Shown here: positions 49,803-60,727 of the stretch, one piece after another | How the letters are laid out: each line of letters begins with the position of its first letter | Numbering within the stretch: the first letter of the stretch is position 1 | Assembly: GCA_017654855.1 (NCBI GenBank) | Contig: JAFMPO010000001.1 | Span: 186,001-250,000 of the forward strand | Direction of reading: 5' to 3' | Length of the DNA stretch: 64,000 nucleotides | DNA from: Podospora anserina | Lineage: Eukaryota | The notes under the pieces: model-generated | Told to the model about the DNA's origin: nothing | The model's database searches: none | The model's input: the letters and a program-made list of their open reading frames with translations, nothing else | Made by a program: the position numbers and the translations under genes

Positions 49803-51085
49803 TCAGATATGGTCAGTCGTGCCAATCAAGGGCTTCCCAGAGCTCATGACCTCAATGAAGGTCTTGGGAGCCTCCTTCTCAAAGAACATCTTCTGGCTCT
49901 GAAGACTTCTCGTGATAACATTAATAGCGAAGGGGAACATCTCCCTCTCATAGGCAGCAACAGCCTCCTCGTTGACGCCCAGTTCCTTCAACTTTCCAGC
50001 AAGGATGATCGCATCTCTCATGGCGCAGTTGACACCATCACCAACGAATGGTGTCGTGACATGAGCAGCATCGCTAATCAACGTCACACCCGGGACAGTC
50101 TTCCAGTTGAGACTGTCTGTGGGGAAGTAGTATATGATCCAAGGTCTGAAGGGACCCTGACTTTGATTGATGATCTCCTTCATCTCATCCGAGTAAGGAC
50201 CAAAGAGGTTATCTCCCAAAAGGTACTTCTTGAACGCGTCCCAATCCTTGATGTCGACGAGACCGGCGTCGGTAAAGTTCTCGGGGCCGGGAATGCCGAC
50301 GTCGATACGGTAGTGCCCGTCGCCTTGTCTGCTGTTGAACATGTGGATACCCTTGCCCATGACGATTATGGACCCTATGCGGCAGAGCTCCTTCATCTTT
50401 TCGTAGTATGGACCGCCAGGGAGGATCTTGGTGGTGACGAACAGATTGCCGCTGTATTGTGGCTTTGCGTCGGTTACCTGTCGAGCGCTGTTAATACCCA
50501 GGTAGCTGAAACTCTCTAGAGCGGAAGGGAAATGGTCGACGAGGGATTTCTTACCAAATGCCGCACCTTGGACCAGGTACCATCGGCGCCGACTACAAGC
50601 CCGAACCCCGAAGTAGTGGTTCCATTAGCGAAATTGAGAACGATCTGCCCGTTCTCGTCACGGGTGGTGCTGGTAACTGGCTTCTTCCAGTGAACCTTCC
50701 CCTTGGGGATGCCACTGAGGAGGACCTTTCTGAGAGCCCAGCGGTCGATCTTAGGGGCATCACGGCCCTCACCAAAGTCGAAGAAATTCTCGCCCTTGTG
50801 ACTGAAGAGGCGATGGATGGTGGCGTCGCCGTATCGGGTATACTTCTTGAACTCTTCAAAGACACCAGCGTCCTTCAACGCTCTTTGACCGCTGCCAGGG
50901 TGTAGATCGAGGCAGCCACCACGAGGTGGGACATCCTCAGCACTGCTTTCATAGATGACGTAGTCGCAACCGCCCTGCTTCTCGAGGAGAGCACCAAGAG
51001 CCAGGCCAGACGGGCCGGCACCAACAATGCAGATCTTGTTGTTGTTTTTGTTGTTGTTGTTGTTGTTGCTGTTGCAAGAAGACAT
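49803..51085 (-). CDS. FAD-dependent monooxygenase (TetX/aromatic hydroxylase-like), possibly RIP-damaged
   Basis: IVGAGPSGL, GGCLDL, VGADG.WSKVR and xDAAH...PF.GDG.N.AM.DA motifs, one intron. N-terminal poly-Asn comes from an AAC repeat. Confidence 0.85.
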
Positions 51086-51342
51086 GGTGGATGTGGTGGT
51101 CTTGGTGGAACGGAAAAGGTTGAGGATGGGTTCAAAGATGCAAGACAGAGGAGGGATTGGCATAAAAATATGAGCCGAAGGGAAATAGGGTATCAAATGA
51201 GCGAGGGTGTGATGTGGACTTGAGCCCACTCTGATATCGTGAGTTTCCTGTATTAATAGAACGCTGGTGTTCACGTCCGCACAACAGGCATCCCATCCCC
51301 ATGATTCTCTGACCCAGCTCGCGACTCAGCACGGTGGATCAA

Positions 51343-51574
51343 TTGCGGGGTCCCCGCAAACATGAAGCTTCCCGTCATCCGTCTGCCGTCATCGCGAGAT
51401 TCAGCGTGCAGCCTGATCTCGGGTTTAAAGCGGAATGCCTCATATCTAGCGGTCTTTGGTGGTTTGGGCCGTTGCGGACGCCTTGCGGGAGGTCTAACGT
51501 TGATCATTTGATCTATTTGGACCCTTGAACGCGGCACTTGGCATCTGGGGAAGTGCGGGGTGTGTTTTGCGGGG
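51343..51574. promoter_or_regulatory. Inverted pair and cluster of SYGGRG sites upstream of the monooxygenase
   Basis: TTGCGGGG-T-CCCCGCAA at 51343-51359, CTGGGG at 51545, and GCGGGG at 51555 and 51569. Confidence 0.5.
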
Positions 51575-52810
51575 TTCCAATGCTACTGAGCTTGGCCTCA
51601 TGGTGGATGCCCGGGCTTGGGGATGGGGATGGTTGGTGCCATGCTATGCCCTGGTCGTTGGATCCAAGACGTTGGGACAGTTTTTCTGGAATGGAATGTG
51701 ATTGAAGGGGTTCAAGATTTGAGTAGCTTGGGTATGTCAACAAACGACGTTCAGGGGCTCAGGGGCAGTAAAGTGGGTCCCGCCTGACCTCTGTCAAAAG
51801 TCAGAAACTTGAAGGACGGGAGATGCTAGTCTGTGTCAAACTTCACAGTGAAATTACTATCTTGAAGTTCTTATAATTGTGCTAGGTTATTGACGAGCCC
51901 AGGATTCTGTCCTAACATCATTGATCCTTTGTTTGAGCTTGGTTACTAACATGATAATAAGGTAGAGGTAGTTAGCTTACCTAGTATGCAGTACCAATAT
52001 CCGAGCTTCATTTTACTGCTATAGATTCATGGTTCATGATCCTGACTGCGTATCACACACTGCAAAGCCGGAGGAACTTGCAGTCCCCTCGCTGACCAGG
52101 TTCTTTATATCACGGCTTTTACACTTAGGTTCTTCATTTTGCACGGTGCAAGATTACTCAAGCAGGTAGGCATGCAAGTTATCTGAAAGCAAAACCTTCT
52201 CCGAAAACACTTGATGCTGTCAACACCTGCGAAGCTAGAAAGCGGAAACTCCTCAGAACGAGCACAACGCTCTAGTAGTCTGTGGTGCGAGTCTTCTGTA
52301 GAGCCGGTCATCATTCGTCAACGCCCATAAAGTTCCTAAACGAAAAAGAAAGTTACGAACCACCAGAGGACCCGATGCAAGGCATAATTCGGCAGCTACC
52401 CAAGAGTGGTAATGGGTATACCGAAAGATATTGATACACAGCTACGCGCTGGACATGTTACATGAGAACTTCAGGTTCTAGGGTGCGTACCTATTTATCT
52501 AGTCTTGCCGGTTCACATTCAGGTAAGGTAGGCTTGCACTGTCCCGTGTCCTGTTCTGTATCTACAAGAGCTTCAGAATAGATCGAGATCTCACTGGTGC
52601 CTTACTATATCTTCCCAAGCTATTATTGTGGTAGATTTTAGTCTGTCAAGAGTCTGGTTAGTTGGCGACACATATCATCAGCTCTCATGATAGCATAGCC
52701 GTAAATACATGTTGAATGGCGATAAGACGTGGTATAATTTGAGTGAATATTCAACACATGTGTACGTATTTAATACCGACTAAGGTACATAGCAAGAAGA
52801 AAAGACATCA

Positions 52811-55567
52811 TTACTCCGGAACCTCAACAATATGGTCTGCTTCCACTCTCCTACGTTCACGTCTTAGTGCTCTCCTCTCCGCTAAGCTCACTGAGCTGCC
52901 TTCGTTGGAAGTGTTCCTTCTATCTCCTTCCTCCGTACCTCTGAGAGAATCGTGTTCCAAGAGACTTATCGTGCTCGCGCTCTTTGGTAACGACCACCTT
53001 GACGAGGAAGGTCTTAGGGTCCTGTGCGGAAGAGATATGCTCGGTGTTCTAAGAAGAACGGTAGTGTTCGGCGATAAGACAGTTAAAGCTTCATCCTCGT
53101 CAACATGCTTTGCCTTTTGCTTCCTCTCGTTGTCACTTTTACTCGCACCGGCAAGCTTTGATCGGTCGTCTTGTTCGGATTCTCGATTTGGCTTATTGCT
53201 CAAGTCATCCCCAACAGATAACTTCTGCTGCAATGGCAAGGTGGTAGGGGCTGATACGTTTCTGATTGAGGTTCCGGCAAGGTCCCGAGGTCGGGGACGG
53301 CTTTCAAAATTGAGTGAAAGATTTTTGGATGTTATTGTCTCGCCGTTGACTTCCACAACGACCTTTAATGATGCCCCGTCAACGCTGGTGAGGCATGAGT
53401 AGCAAAAGTAGCGATACCTCTGGCCATGAGAATTTGTGCTGAAGGGAAGATCGTCAAATGGAATTGGAGAGCAGAAGTCAATCGTGCACAGATTCTTGAC
53501 CTCTGGTTCGATTCTAGTAGGGGGTTTGACTGTGTCGCAGCTGACCAGGTGTTCTGAAATGCGTGGGTACTCGTGCGGATCATGAATTGCGTAGTATCGA
53601 TAGTAAAGTTGCTTGCGAGGGGACGTCTCTGTTGTATTTTCACCCTGTATAGTCGTTAGACACATGAAGACATCGGCATGGGTGATGTGATTTGGATTGA
53701 CCTTTGTAACAAACCATCTGATTTGAGCATAAGCAATTGTTTCGAGAGTGATGGGGTCCACCATTTGGTCTCTCTCATCATGTACACCTTGCTGAAAGCG
53801 GGTATCGTATATGTGGCCATAGTTGCTACGTGATATTCGGGACGTAATTTTGATTTCAGCATCTTGGGTGCCCCGTATGACTGCGCCTCGGCATATAGCG
53901 GTCCATCTGTGAATATGAATTAATTAGCTTCCGCTCAATGAGGCTCACGTTCGGGACTCTCACGGTCCTGGCTCAGATGGCTGCATCACTGGGCAGTCAT
54001 CACCTAACCAACTACTCAGCCTTTCCCAGAGGTATCTAGATTTCCCAAACCCTCCGACCAAGATGACAAACTATCAGATTGTCTGTTAGCCCTACATTTG
54101 GCAGCTCTGGGTTTCCATACATACATTCGGACCTGACCCTGTTTTCTTTTCAAGTGTCTCAATTTGTGAGTCAACAAGATCCAATATCTTGGAGACAACA
54201 TGATCAAATATTTCCGCGATAGTAGACCTAAAAGATTAGAAGATATCCCAAAATTCACATGCCTGAGGTACGGCAGGGGCACTTACGATGACAATGTGAT
54301 GTCTGCCTGTCCAGTTAGTTGAACCACTCGAGCAGGAAGGCGCACCTTCCAGAGCTTTTCAGGACCCTGCTTCAATGTAAATTGTTGCTTGATACCATGT
54401 TCCCATGACTGATTCATCATCTCTGCAATTTCTTGTGGAGGGACCTGACGCCAAACATCTGTAGCAACGTGATCTCGAACAAGTGTCTCGAACTCCTGGT
54501 CCAGAAAGATCGCTCCACAAAGGGCCCCAGTACCTTCCACGGCTTCCCTAGCAGCAAATCTGTTGGTATCCACAACCTGGTAACTGATCAAGTCCTAAGG
54601 TCATTCAGTTTACAGTCAGTTTCTAATGATCAGGCCTCCAGGCGTTTTCTTCTAAAAAGAAAAGAAAGAGGGAAACTTACGACCGTGCCTCCCCCAGCGT
54701 CGACAACAGTTATGGATGTCCCGACCTTGTAGCCCCAGTTGTCAGCTAATTATCGACCAGATAGTGGCGGTATTGCATCCTACTTTGATGTCTGGTCTGC
54801 CTTTCATGTTGGTGAAAGTGGCAATTGCTGCAGCTTCAGGCTCAGAAACGAAGTCCAGTTCGGTTTCGCCACATTCACGAGGATCAAGTAAGCCCGCCAT
54901 ATTCGCTGCTTCGCGCATTCTCTCTCTCATGTAGGACTTCCAAATCGCGGGGACAGTGATGATAATTCGGAATGGCGTAGACTTGACGAAGCTGGGTGTC
55001 ATCGCCTTTTCTACGTCGGCCATAACATGACTCCAGAGGTTTCGCAAGTAATCCGCAATGACATCGATTGGTTTCTTTCCCATCTCCAACAACCGCTGTC
55101 TGGCACTGATAAGCTGGGGGGCATCCTTGAGGTGCTCTTGAAGGTCCGCATCGTCGAGAAGCAATAGTTTGAACCACCGAACAGATTCATCGAAGGTGAG
55201 AATATTATATCCCCAAGATGTGACCTGTTTGGTGGAAGAGTATGATATCGCTGTTGGTGTCTTCTCCCGTTCCGTGTTCATATATTGGACGCTATCCCAA
55301 TTCTTGACGAGATGGATATCCTCTGGCCGAACCTTTCCCGGACGCGCTGACCATGCAACACCAGTGTAGCTAAGACGGCCAAGTTAGAATACTAGGCATA
55401 ACAGAAGGCAAACCCGCGATTTTGCACTGGATCTGGTTACATGATACATACGTGGTTCCGAAATCAATTCCAAACACGAACGGCGCCGCACGCATTCCGA
55501 CGCTGCTAGACTTCGAAAGTAATGATAGTTGGCTCCCCAGCTGCGAGCCTGTGAGAGATCCCTCCAT
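52811..55567 (-). CDS. Atypical Hsp70-family (HSPA12-like) actin-fold ATPase, six introns; start uncertain
   Basis: Spliced exons give GIDFGTTYTGVAW, WFKLLL, ITVPAIW, EPEAAA, DAGGGTVDLISY, LVGGFGKSRYL and AICRGA, followed by a low-complexity C-tail. Confidence 0.88.
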
Positions 55568-56296
55568 ATTCAAGCTACCAGTCGTCTGGGTACCTCCGTT
55601 GGCAAAGGAAGCAACAATTGTATGTGAAGTTGATTTGGGCTCCAAGGTGTGGGCAAGACGGAGGAGAGCAGCTACCTAGATGTTGAGACTGAGGGATGTC
55701 CTGGTCGTGCATGTGGTCAAGCACCAGGCTTCTGGGCGGGCGCGACAGACTCCTCTGGCCACAACCCACCTGCGCTATCATTGTAAGCACAGACTCCTCC
55801 TTCCAGTCAGTCATCTCACCGAACGCCGACTCTTGCAAATAGGGCTAACCATGTTATTTCCAGGCGCTGACGCAGTCCAATCGTTCAATGCACTGCCCGC
55901 AAACCAAAACAACATGGTCGCCTTCAGGGCCGACGCCACATGCAAGAATATGTGTTTTCTTTCCCAGTAATCACCCACAGACAGCAACTGGCGGCGCCAT
56001 CATTGTCAATAGCTCAAAATTAAGCCTGCCACCCACCCCTCATCATTGTACCGTTACTTCGATCTGGAGATGCCGTAATGACTGCACACCCTCACGCGAT
56101 GGAAAGTCCCCCGCATTGGGCGGACTGGCCCAGGCAGGCAGTCCACGAGGTTTATCATGAGGACTTCCACATTTCAGGACAAATTAAGGGACACCAGGCC
56201 CCGTCATCACGATATCCTTTTTGCTCTCGTTTTCTTCAAACCTCCGGCCACCTTAACCGACGACCTTTGTCACCGTGACATATCTAACCCAGAAAG

Positions 56297-57427
56297 ATGG
56301 GCGAACCTGAACAAAGCATGATTTTCATCATGGGCCTCTCGGGTTCCGGCAAGTCAAGATTTGTAAACCTCTTGCGACAGAATTCGGTGCGCGAGGGAGC
56401 AGGTCTGCAATCAGGTACAACACCATTTCCGAGACACTGTCACAGGAGCTTATAGTAACGTCTTCCAGAAACCCAGGAATGTCAAGTCGTGCAGCTGCGA
56501 CTGAAGGACAAGCTAGTATCGGTTGTCGACACTCCAGGATTTGGCGACTCCCGAAAGACCGACGCCGAAATACTGTCAACCATATCCGACTTTCTCATTC
56601 TTCAGCATGCAGCTGGTTTCCGACTGAACGGTATCATCTGGCTGCATCCAATTGAACAACAGAGAATGCGCAGACCAGACCTCCAGGCCCTTACCATGTT
56701 CCATGATCTCTGCGGCAAGGATGCTCTCTCAGCCGTTACTCTACTCACCACTAGATGGGATCATGTTAAAGATGAGAGGACTGGTGCCATGCGCGAGCGG
56801 GAGTTGCGGAGGAGTTTCTGGAAGGATATGATCGACCACGGTGCCAACGCGCAACGCTTCAATGGCTCCTCAGAGATGGCGAAGTCAATTGTGCGGCGCT
56901 TGCTACGCAATAAACCGGTGATATTGCAAATCCAAAAGGATAGCATGGAGTCAGGCAAGAGGCTACGTGATACCGCCGCAGGGGCTAGAATTATGGAAGA
57001 TCTTGAGGTTGATCTGAAGAGACAGGAGGAGAAGGTAAAGAAGGCCGAGCGGGAACTCAAAGCCGGGGCACAATCTGGTGATCAGGCGACCGAACAAGCC
57101 TTACGAACACGGTACGAAGCAGAAGCGAGGGAAAGGGAGCGGCTCATCTCGAGCTGTCAACGAATGAATGCAGATCTGGGCCAAGAGATAATGGAAAAGT
57201 GGGACAGGATTCAAAAAGATTTACCACAGGCCGGAGCCGGGTCTGACTCGGACTCGTGCCTCGAACATGAGAAGCAAGTACCTAACAAGGGCACAGCTCC
57301 GAAAATCGAAAACACTCGAAGGAACAGGTGGAAAGGGCGGGTTTCTGCCTTTGCGAATGTTCTTGGCTTGACCCTGGCTGCGGTGGTCCACATTGTTCTT
57401 CCATTGGCTGGTATTGCCGTCGGCTGA
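56297..57427 (+). CDS. AIG1/GIMAP-like TRAFAC GTPase with coiled coil and C-terminal membrane anchor
   Basis: G1 GLSGSGKS in exon 1, G2 S.T across the intron (about 56414-56468), G3 DTPGF and G4 TRWD. A coiled coil and a hydrophobic tail (VLGLTLAAVVHIVLPLAGIAVG) follow. Confidence 0.88.
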
Positions 57428-57694
57428 GAGAGCTTCGGAGGAAAGTACTGGTACAAACTAGATGTAGGGGTGTGGGCCTTTTTGGCGCCAGCACTAAAAA
57501 ACCTATGCACAGCTGAGGCAGTGTTAAAGCCAAGTCACACCACCGCTTGCAGTATGAATTCCTTGTCCACCTCATGTGAGACAACCCCGAGTCTGACAAG
57601 GCTCCAATGCGCAATATCAGCCATCTTCTCCTCCCATGATTGAGGGACAGGTTGCTCTGTATATTCTCTGTCCGTTTACACATAAGCGAGCACC

Positions 57695-59008
57695 ATGTTT
57701 GACAAGGTATTCCGACCGATAAATGACACAACGAATTCAAGCCGCAAAGGTCGTAGCAGGTTGCCAGAACCAGTTCGTTCGCCCACTCGTGGAGGGATAT
57801 TCCCAAAAGCAGGAACTCAAGCAAGGTACGTCGCCATTTGCCACAACAATCAAATGACCCCATGTGCAGGCACGAGCTTATCAATGTACAGAGCACCACA
57901 GATACCACAACGGCTATCAAGTGCCAGTCAGTCTCTAGCATGGCCAGCAAGTCCTTCAGCAAACTCTTTCCACCTGAGACAATTGAAGCAAGAGCTTGCT
58001 GAAAAAGACCGCAAGGTGAAGATTCTCTGCGAGGAGGTTGAGGAATTGAAGAAGGAGAAGGAAAGCCTGGAGAGGGAAATCGATCAGTACGACGACGAGT
58101 GCTTCAAGATGGAAGCAGAAAACAAGCAGCTTCGCGATGCCTTTGTTGCCCTCAAGGGTAACCCCAACCATCACATCGACGACGGTGTAGTCCAGTCGCG
58201 ATTCGGGGAAATCAAGTTCACCATCGAACAGATCGTTTCTATCCGTTATTCAAGCTCCACAACCATATCCAAAAGTATGCGATTAGACCATCCCTCGAAG
58301 CAGCTATTTTCGAATCTGGTGGAGGATGTGGATTGCTACCTAACACAACCAGTGGGAAAGGCCCTCTTGATAGAGGCATTTATCTGGAATTTCCTCATTT
58401 CGGAAGTTTTCAGCGGCAACGGGATGCTCTGGGCTGGCAAAGCATTTGAGCATGTCAAGTTTTTATCTCGTGAGCTTGAGAACGATACTGTTTCTCTGGC
58501 TGATCTTTACAGGTGGAACGCACACACAGCATCAATGTTGTTTTCCATGTATGATCTGGACAAAAGACGCATACAAAAAATTGCTTGGAATCTAAGGGCC
58601 AGCTTAGAACCTTGGCAGAATAAGTCTTTCAAGGAGGGACAATGCGACTCTCTAGACAAGCTTGTACTCTTGGCAGCAAAATTGGACGCCGATTTGGCCC
58701 GGAGCAAAGCTGAATATATGGTCTTCATGCTGGAGACCATCGAAGCGCTCAATGGGCTTGCGAAGAACAAATACGGGGTTCCTTTTGACCAGGACTACAT
58801 GGAGCTTGAGAGCGGAAACAATGACAGGTGCGGGGATGTGGAGCTTGTAGTATCCCCAACGGTGGCTAAGGTCGGGAACTCGGACGGGGAGAATTACGAT
58901 TGCTGTACTGTGCTGGTGCGAGCAAAGGTAATCTGTGGTGGCTCAAAAGCTGGTCGTCGCCAACAGTCTGCATCAACCCCCTCAAACTCTTTTCAGCCTC
59001 AAAGATAG
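57695..59008 (+). CDS. Coiled-coil protein with a GrpE-like C-terminal motif
   Basis: Long heptad region (LRQLKQEL...LRDAF). C-terminal GVPFDQDYME...GDVELVVSP...VLVRAKV. Confidence 0.75.
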   Translation: MFDKVFRPINDTTNSSRKGRSRLPEPVRSPTRGGIFPKAGTQARYVAICHNNQMTPCAGTSLSMYRAPQIPQRLSSASQSLAWPASPSANSFHLRQLKQELAEKDRKVKILCEEVEELKKEKESLEREIDQYDDECFKMEAENKQLRDAFVALKGNPNHHIDDGVVQSRFGEIKFTIEQIVSIRYSSSTTISKSMRLDHPSKQLFSNLVEDVDCYLTQPVGKALLIEAFIWNFLISEVFSGNGMLWAGKAFEHVKFLSRELENDTVSLADLYRWNAHTASMLFSMYDLDKRRIQKIAWNLRASLEPWQNKSFKEGQCDSLDKLVLLAAKLDADLARSKAEYMVFMLETIEALNGLAKNKYGVPFDQDYMELESGNNDRCGDVELVVSPTVAKVGNSDGENYDCCTVLVRAKVICGGSKAGRRQQSASTPSNSFQPQR

Positions 59009-60727
59009 AACAGACTTCATATAATTAATTGGAAGGCGTTCAGGCTCGGCCGTGAAGAAGCTTCGCAGAATTTAAGTCATGAGCTTGTATTCAAGAGTAC
59101 TTCCAACCCTTACCCATCTAATACTTGAAGCAATGAAAGTCTTCCTCTCACCCGAGCTCAATACTCTTGTCCTAGCTACCTACTTAGCGACACGATCGAA
59201 GTATTGAGCACATACACGCTGATAAACAACAAAGATAATCAGTCTGGACTCAAATTTATGCTACCGTATTTACGCATTTGAGGAAGGAGAGATTGCTTCA
59301 CGTCGGAGACTTATTGCACGTAGACTCTTTCTGGATGCTGCCATTTGCTTATATAACTGGTTGTCTGTAGTAATATCGGTAGGACCTGATTTATCTAGGA
59401 AAATTAGAACCCTTCTTTACACAATAGGAACATCAACTTAGGGGTAGCTGTTACTACGCCCTTTGGTCTTATGCTGAACAATCACCTATTGGTCGCTTCA
59501 ATCATTCCCACCTTGTCTACCTAGCGAAGTTATGACACTTGGACTTTTCCACGTCTTTTGTACTGAAGGGGTTCTTGTACAGGTGTTGGTGATGCGTACG
59601 ACCCGGCATAGCTGTTGCCGTCAATAGCCAACGCGCATCAGCAACAGGTAACTTTCTAAGTGTCAGGTGTTGAAGTCATTATTATGTCATCAACAAATCC
59701 CTGCCGAGCAGTTGGCAAGTCAATTGACAGAGCTCATTGGAGTGCTTGTCCTGAGAGGCTAGTCAGTATCTTGTGCAAATTCTTCCCCGAGTGCCGGCAA
59801 GATTTCACAGAACAGGTCCAGAATGCCTCTCAAGTACCTGTTCAGATGAAGACTGTCATCTGGCTTCCTAAAGAGCCGGCTCGAGTAAGATGGCATCTCC
59901 ATGCAGGGCAAATCTTACCATGGATTTGGATACTAATCTAGTTGGTGTTATGCAGGAACAAGAGCGAGAGCTAGGAGAGAGTCAAGAGGAAGAACAATCG
60001 CGATTCTCAGGAGGAGGTGGATCTCAGGCTACCTCTTAAAGTGTTGGGTCTTCACAAAAGAGCAATAATGTTCAGCAACAATGCTATTCAGTGTCTTGCA
60101 GATGTATAACACACGCCTTTCATATTGAGCTTGTACCTTCAGCTAGGGAATAGCCCTGTTAGCTACCCTTTAGGGCTTAACGCCTGTTGGGAACTCTTCC
60201 AGGCGTGGTTTAGGATATTATCCTGCATTGGTTTACTCTGTATTGCCTGCTTTTTCATCCATAATCAAACAAAACAAAAGGGGTTCAGGGGTTCGATGTC
60301 TGTGCGTATTTGGGGTCCACTCGGCCAAGGGTTAGGGGTGTGCTTTGGGAGTTCACAGAATACTTGCTGAGATGGTATTCAAAGCAATCATCCCAACACA
60401 TGGAGCTTTGAAGACAGGTTTTGAATTGCTGTTGTGGCACTACGGCATTCAAGGGTCTTTGGGTTATCTGTACCTATTCTCAGCCCCAGCCTCAATACGC
60501 GGGTACATCCGCCACATTGACTTGGCATCAGCACACAAGTTCGACGCGTCTTGCATCTATGTCAGCATTGGCATGGATGCTGTGCCGCAAATGCAACGCA
60601 CCGCCTTTAGGCTTCAGGGGTCGGCAGAAGGATGACCTCCGACAGGAGTTTTCAATCGACAACCGACAATTTTCTTTCACTTTGCAAAAGGTTAATTTTC
60701 ACGCGTTTCCCAGATCATCATGTGATC

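Noticed and set aside
60140-60340. TTAGGG-like words
   Set aside because: Isolated single copies, not a telomeric array.
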